From NCBI RefSeq assembly GCF_018977255.1, contig NW_024705377.1, positions 1 to 50,401 of the forward strand: a stretch of DNA of 50,401 bases, read 5' to 3'. Position 1 is the first letter of the stretch; each line of letters opens with the position of its first letter. A program made the translations under genes and the position numbers. Source of the DNA: Callorhinchus milii (Eukaryota). Of the stretch, positions 47,281-50,401 are shown in pieces. The notes below the pieces were generated by a model. The model saw only the letters and a program-made list of their open reading frames with translations, searched no databases and had not been told where the DNA came from.

Positions 47281-48389
47281 TCATGTTGGTCACACCATCG
47301 CATCGCGCGTCATGCTGACTTTTAATCGGCGCTCGCTAACGGCGCTTGCCCCGACGGCCCCCAGGCTACGACGGGGAATCTTTACGCACGGACGTGCAGC
47401 AGCAGTAGCAGCGGCACACAACGATAGCGAGCGTGGTTAAGTGATTTACGCCCCTTAGCGTGGAGACGCGATCACGGATAACAACAAAAATCCCGTGAAA
47501 GCCAAGACAGGTGGGTGGATCCGAGCAGACACGCGCGTGTCCTATTCGTCTTGTGCGCGGGGGAGGGGCGGTAGTGTAGTGCGCAGCGCTACGAACCCAA
47601 TTCCTGCTCACGGCCAACATCAGTGACGATCATCTGAGCCGGTCACTGCGCCTCCCCTAAGACTTGCTCGGTCTTAAATGAGTAAGCTGCTGGTGCGGCG
47701 TGTGAACATCGCCACTGGGGAGACAAAGGCGGCTGGCCACTCAAACCCATCATCGTGTGCCTCGCCGGCTTTAGGAGTGATCAGCGCTTGCCCAACAGTC
47801 TGCCGAAGGCTACACGTGGGGCATCTTTGTCTTGAATGTGTACAACGAAGATTATTCGGTGAAACAGAAGGAAAAAAATCGGCACGTTTGTCAGTCACAC
47901 TGTGGCCTTAAAAGGGAAACAGAATATTTAACAGGTGACAATTCGTGCCGTGTCCGCGATCCATAAACACATAAAGAAGACACGTGCTATGAAGAGTGGA
48001 CATTCTCTATTATATATTTCTTCCTTTTAAGTCCACAGTGTTATTGACTAACGTGTTGAGTTTTTTGGTTTTGCCGTATGTACATAAGTGAGAGTTGTAT
48101 GTTAGGACTGTTTGTATAATCGTGTGTGTGTGTGGCATGTACACAATTATGTATGCATGTTAATGTCGATGTTATATTGTATATCCGTGTGCATTATGTG
48201 TGAGTGTATATATTGTGTGTGTGTGTACGTTACCATGTATATTTCTGCAGCAATGTTAGCATGTCTATATGTTAGTACGATATACCTTGGTGAGTGTGTG
48301 CGTGTGTCAGTGGGGCCATATGGAATCGCTCTTCCAAAAATGCGTCAAATCCTGCTGATGAGGCTGCCGCAGAGGCACGCGGGTGGTTT

Positions 48390-48560
48390 GCACACCCCCA
48401 CCGTGTGCACACCCACCGTGTGCACACCCACCGTGTGCACACCACACGTGCGCACACCACACCGTGCGCACACCACACCGTGTGCACACCACCCAGTATA
48501 CACCGTGCACACCCACCGTGTGAAGATGCACCAAACCGTGCACATACCACACCATACACA
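48390..48560. repeat. Minisatellite, ~15-bp unit CACACCCACCGTGTG
   Basis: Visible tandem units. Confidence 0.8.
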
Positions 48561-49299
48561 GCCGTGGACACCCCATATCGTGTATACACCTAGTAAACGT
48601 GAAGCAGTATACACCACACGTGCACACACCGTGCACAGCGTACACACAACGCAATGTACCCCCTACCACCGTGTACAAACCACACCTCTACATATAATCA
48701 AGTGTATATGGAACACACACCGTACACATAGCGTGTACACAAAGCTCTGCAGTGGACACACCACCCCGTGTACACACAAGGTACCCAACACACCGTGCAT
48801 ATTCCATGGACAGGCCACACCAACCAAGACGGTCTGTTCACAACACACTGTGTGTGTGAATACGTGAGTGTGCTGGTGCGCCTCGTGTGCGAGAGGTGTA
48901 CAATTGTCTGAACCGGTCCTGGGCGTCCCCTAGGTCGGCTCAGCCTCAAATGAGTACCTGGTGTGGTGTGTAAAACATCGCCACTGGGGAGACAAAGGCG
49001 GCCGGGCGTGGTGTTGGCCACCCACCCCCTCGTGAGCCGTACCGGCCTTCATAGGTGCTCGCTAACAGCACTTGCCCCAACAGTCTGTTACAGGCTATAC
49101 GGGGGTCTTTGTCTTTGTACGTGTAGCGTGTATGTAGCGTGTGTGTAGCGTGTGTGTAGCGTGTGTGTTTCGTGTGGTGTGTAAAGCTGTAAGCGTTGTG
49201 GACACACGCCAGACCCCACCCGTTCTGGTTTCTTAACCCAACTCCCTCCTCCACTCCAAACCCCCGGTCTGCCAGTGGATGTGTGTGCGCTTGGAGTCG

Positions 49300-49695
49300 C
49301 GTCTGCCTGTAGGTGTGTGTCTGCCTATAGGTGTGTATCCGCCTGTAGGGGTGTGTGTCTGCCTGTAGCTGTGTGTCTGCCTATAGGGGTGTGTCTGCCT
49401 ATAGGGTGTGTCTGCCTGTAGGGGTGTGTCTACCTGTAGGTGTGTCTGTCTGTAGGTGTGCGTCTGCCTGTAGGTGTGCGTCTGCTGTAGGTGTGCGTCT
49501 GCCTGTAGGCTGTGTTTGCCTGTAGGTGTGTGTCTGCCTGTAGGTGTGTGTCTGCCTGTAGGTGTGTGTTGACTGTAGGTGTGCGTCTGCCTGTAGGGGT
49601 GTGTCTGCCTGTAGGTGTGCGTCTGCCTGTAGGTCTGTGTTTGCCTGTAGGTGTGTGTCTGCCTGTAGGTGTGCGTCTGCCTGTAGGGGTGTGAA
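49300..49695. repeat. Minisatellite, ~18-20-bp unit GTGTGTCTGCCTGTAGG
   Basis: About 20 tandem units. Confidence 0.9.
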
Positions 49696-49766
49696 CCTGC
49701 GTGTTGGTGCCGCGACCTGTCGGTTCGTCTGCCTGGAGGTGGTCCCTAATGGGGGTGTGCGCTAGT

Positions 49767-50072
49767 GGGGAGTGGTGGTGCAGCGGTTAGCACGCTGCGC
49801 TACGAACCCAGCGAGCCGAGTTCGATTCACGGCCAACGCGCGGTGACGATTATCTGAACCGGTCCTGGGCCTCCCTAGCTTGACTCAGCCACAAAATTAG
49901 TACCTGGCGCGGTGTATAAACATCGCCACTGGGGAGACAAAGGCGGCAGGAGCTGTGTTGGCAACCCACCCCTCGTGTGCCGTACTGCCCTTCATAGGTT
50001 CTCGCTAATAGCACTTGCCCCAACAGTCTGTTACAGGCTATACGGGGAATTTTTTATTTTGTATTTGTCTTT
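49767..50072 (+). mobile_element. tRNA-derived SINE, major family, full length
   Basis: Same consensus as 35390-35690. Confidence 0.85.
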
Positions 50073-50401
50073 GTGCGCCAGAATGAGTGCCTACCTGGAG
50101 ATGTTTGCCTGTCCTGATGCGTGTATATTTGTGGGATTGTGCATGCATGTGGATGTTTGTGAATGTATATTATTATGCGTTTCTGTGTGTGTGTGTGTCC
50201 GTTCTATGTGTATGTATGTGTGCCCGTGGTGTGAGCGTGTTTATGTCTGTGTTTCTGTGCCCGTAGGTGTTTGTGTCTGGCTGTGTGTGACCCCGTGCCT
50301 CGATGTATCCCATCATGCATGTCTCCCCGTGTCTCAGAATGTGTAGCCTTCGCGTGTCTCCCTTTGTTCCAGTATGTGTATCCCAATTTCTCAGTGTATT
50401 T

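Noticed and set aside
48112..48867. 251-aa ORF and overlapping C/V/H/T-rich ORFs
   Set aside because: Produced by CA/TG minisatellites
46800..49695. Regularly spaced repeats as a CRISPR-like array
   Set aside because: Eukaryotic context, no unique spacers and no cas genes; plain minisatellites

Overview
Eukaryotic, repeat-rich genomic DNA, most likely from a vertebrate. A lamprey-like origin is inferred from V-domain SINEs and GC-rich exons with low-complexity insertions, but this is not proven. Three spliced gene pieces lie on the minus strand. (1) Ten exons (40908->23733) encode consecutive extracellular repeats of a Dachsous/Fat-type cadherin; they stop at an open phase-1 splice donor with no transmembrane exon in view. 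(2) Directly downstream are only the last four exons (21840->17187) of an iPLA2-beta/PLA2G6-like patatin phospholipase, starting at a phase-1 acceptor. (3) Further downstream are the first four coding exons (6522->2506) of a PLA2G6-like gene with a shortened ankyrin region. The PLA2G6 exons are therefore in C-before-N order, and the cadherin could splice in frame onto the orphan patatin C-terminus. Positions 1-2290 are a Penelope/Poseidon-type retroelement (RT + GIY-YIG) with a minimal hammerhead ribozyme in its 3' pLTR. Five more minimal hammerheads occur in short non-coding Penelope-derived units, one inserted in a SINE with a perfect 12-bp target-site duplication. The rest is tRNA-derived SINEs (two families), hAT elements/MITEs with 8-bp TSDs, RTE/L2/Ingi-like LINE fragments, foldbacks and minisatellites. 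Seven single-base frameshifts, mostly in G/C runs, may be consensus errors. All calls are from manual reading; no searches were run.
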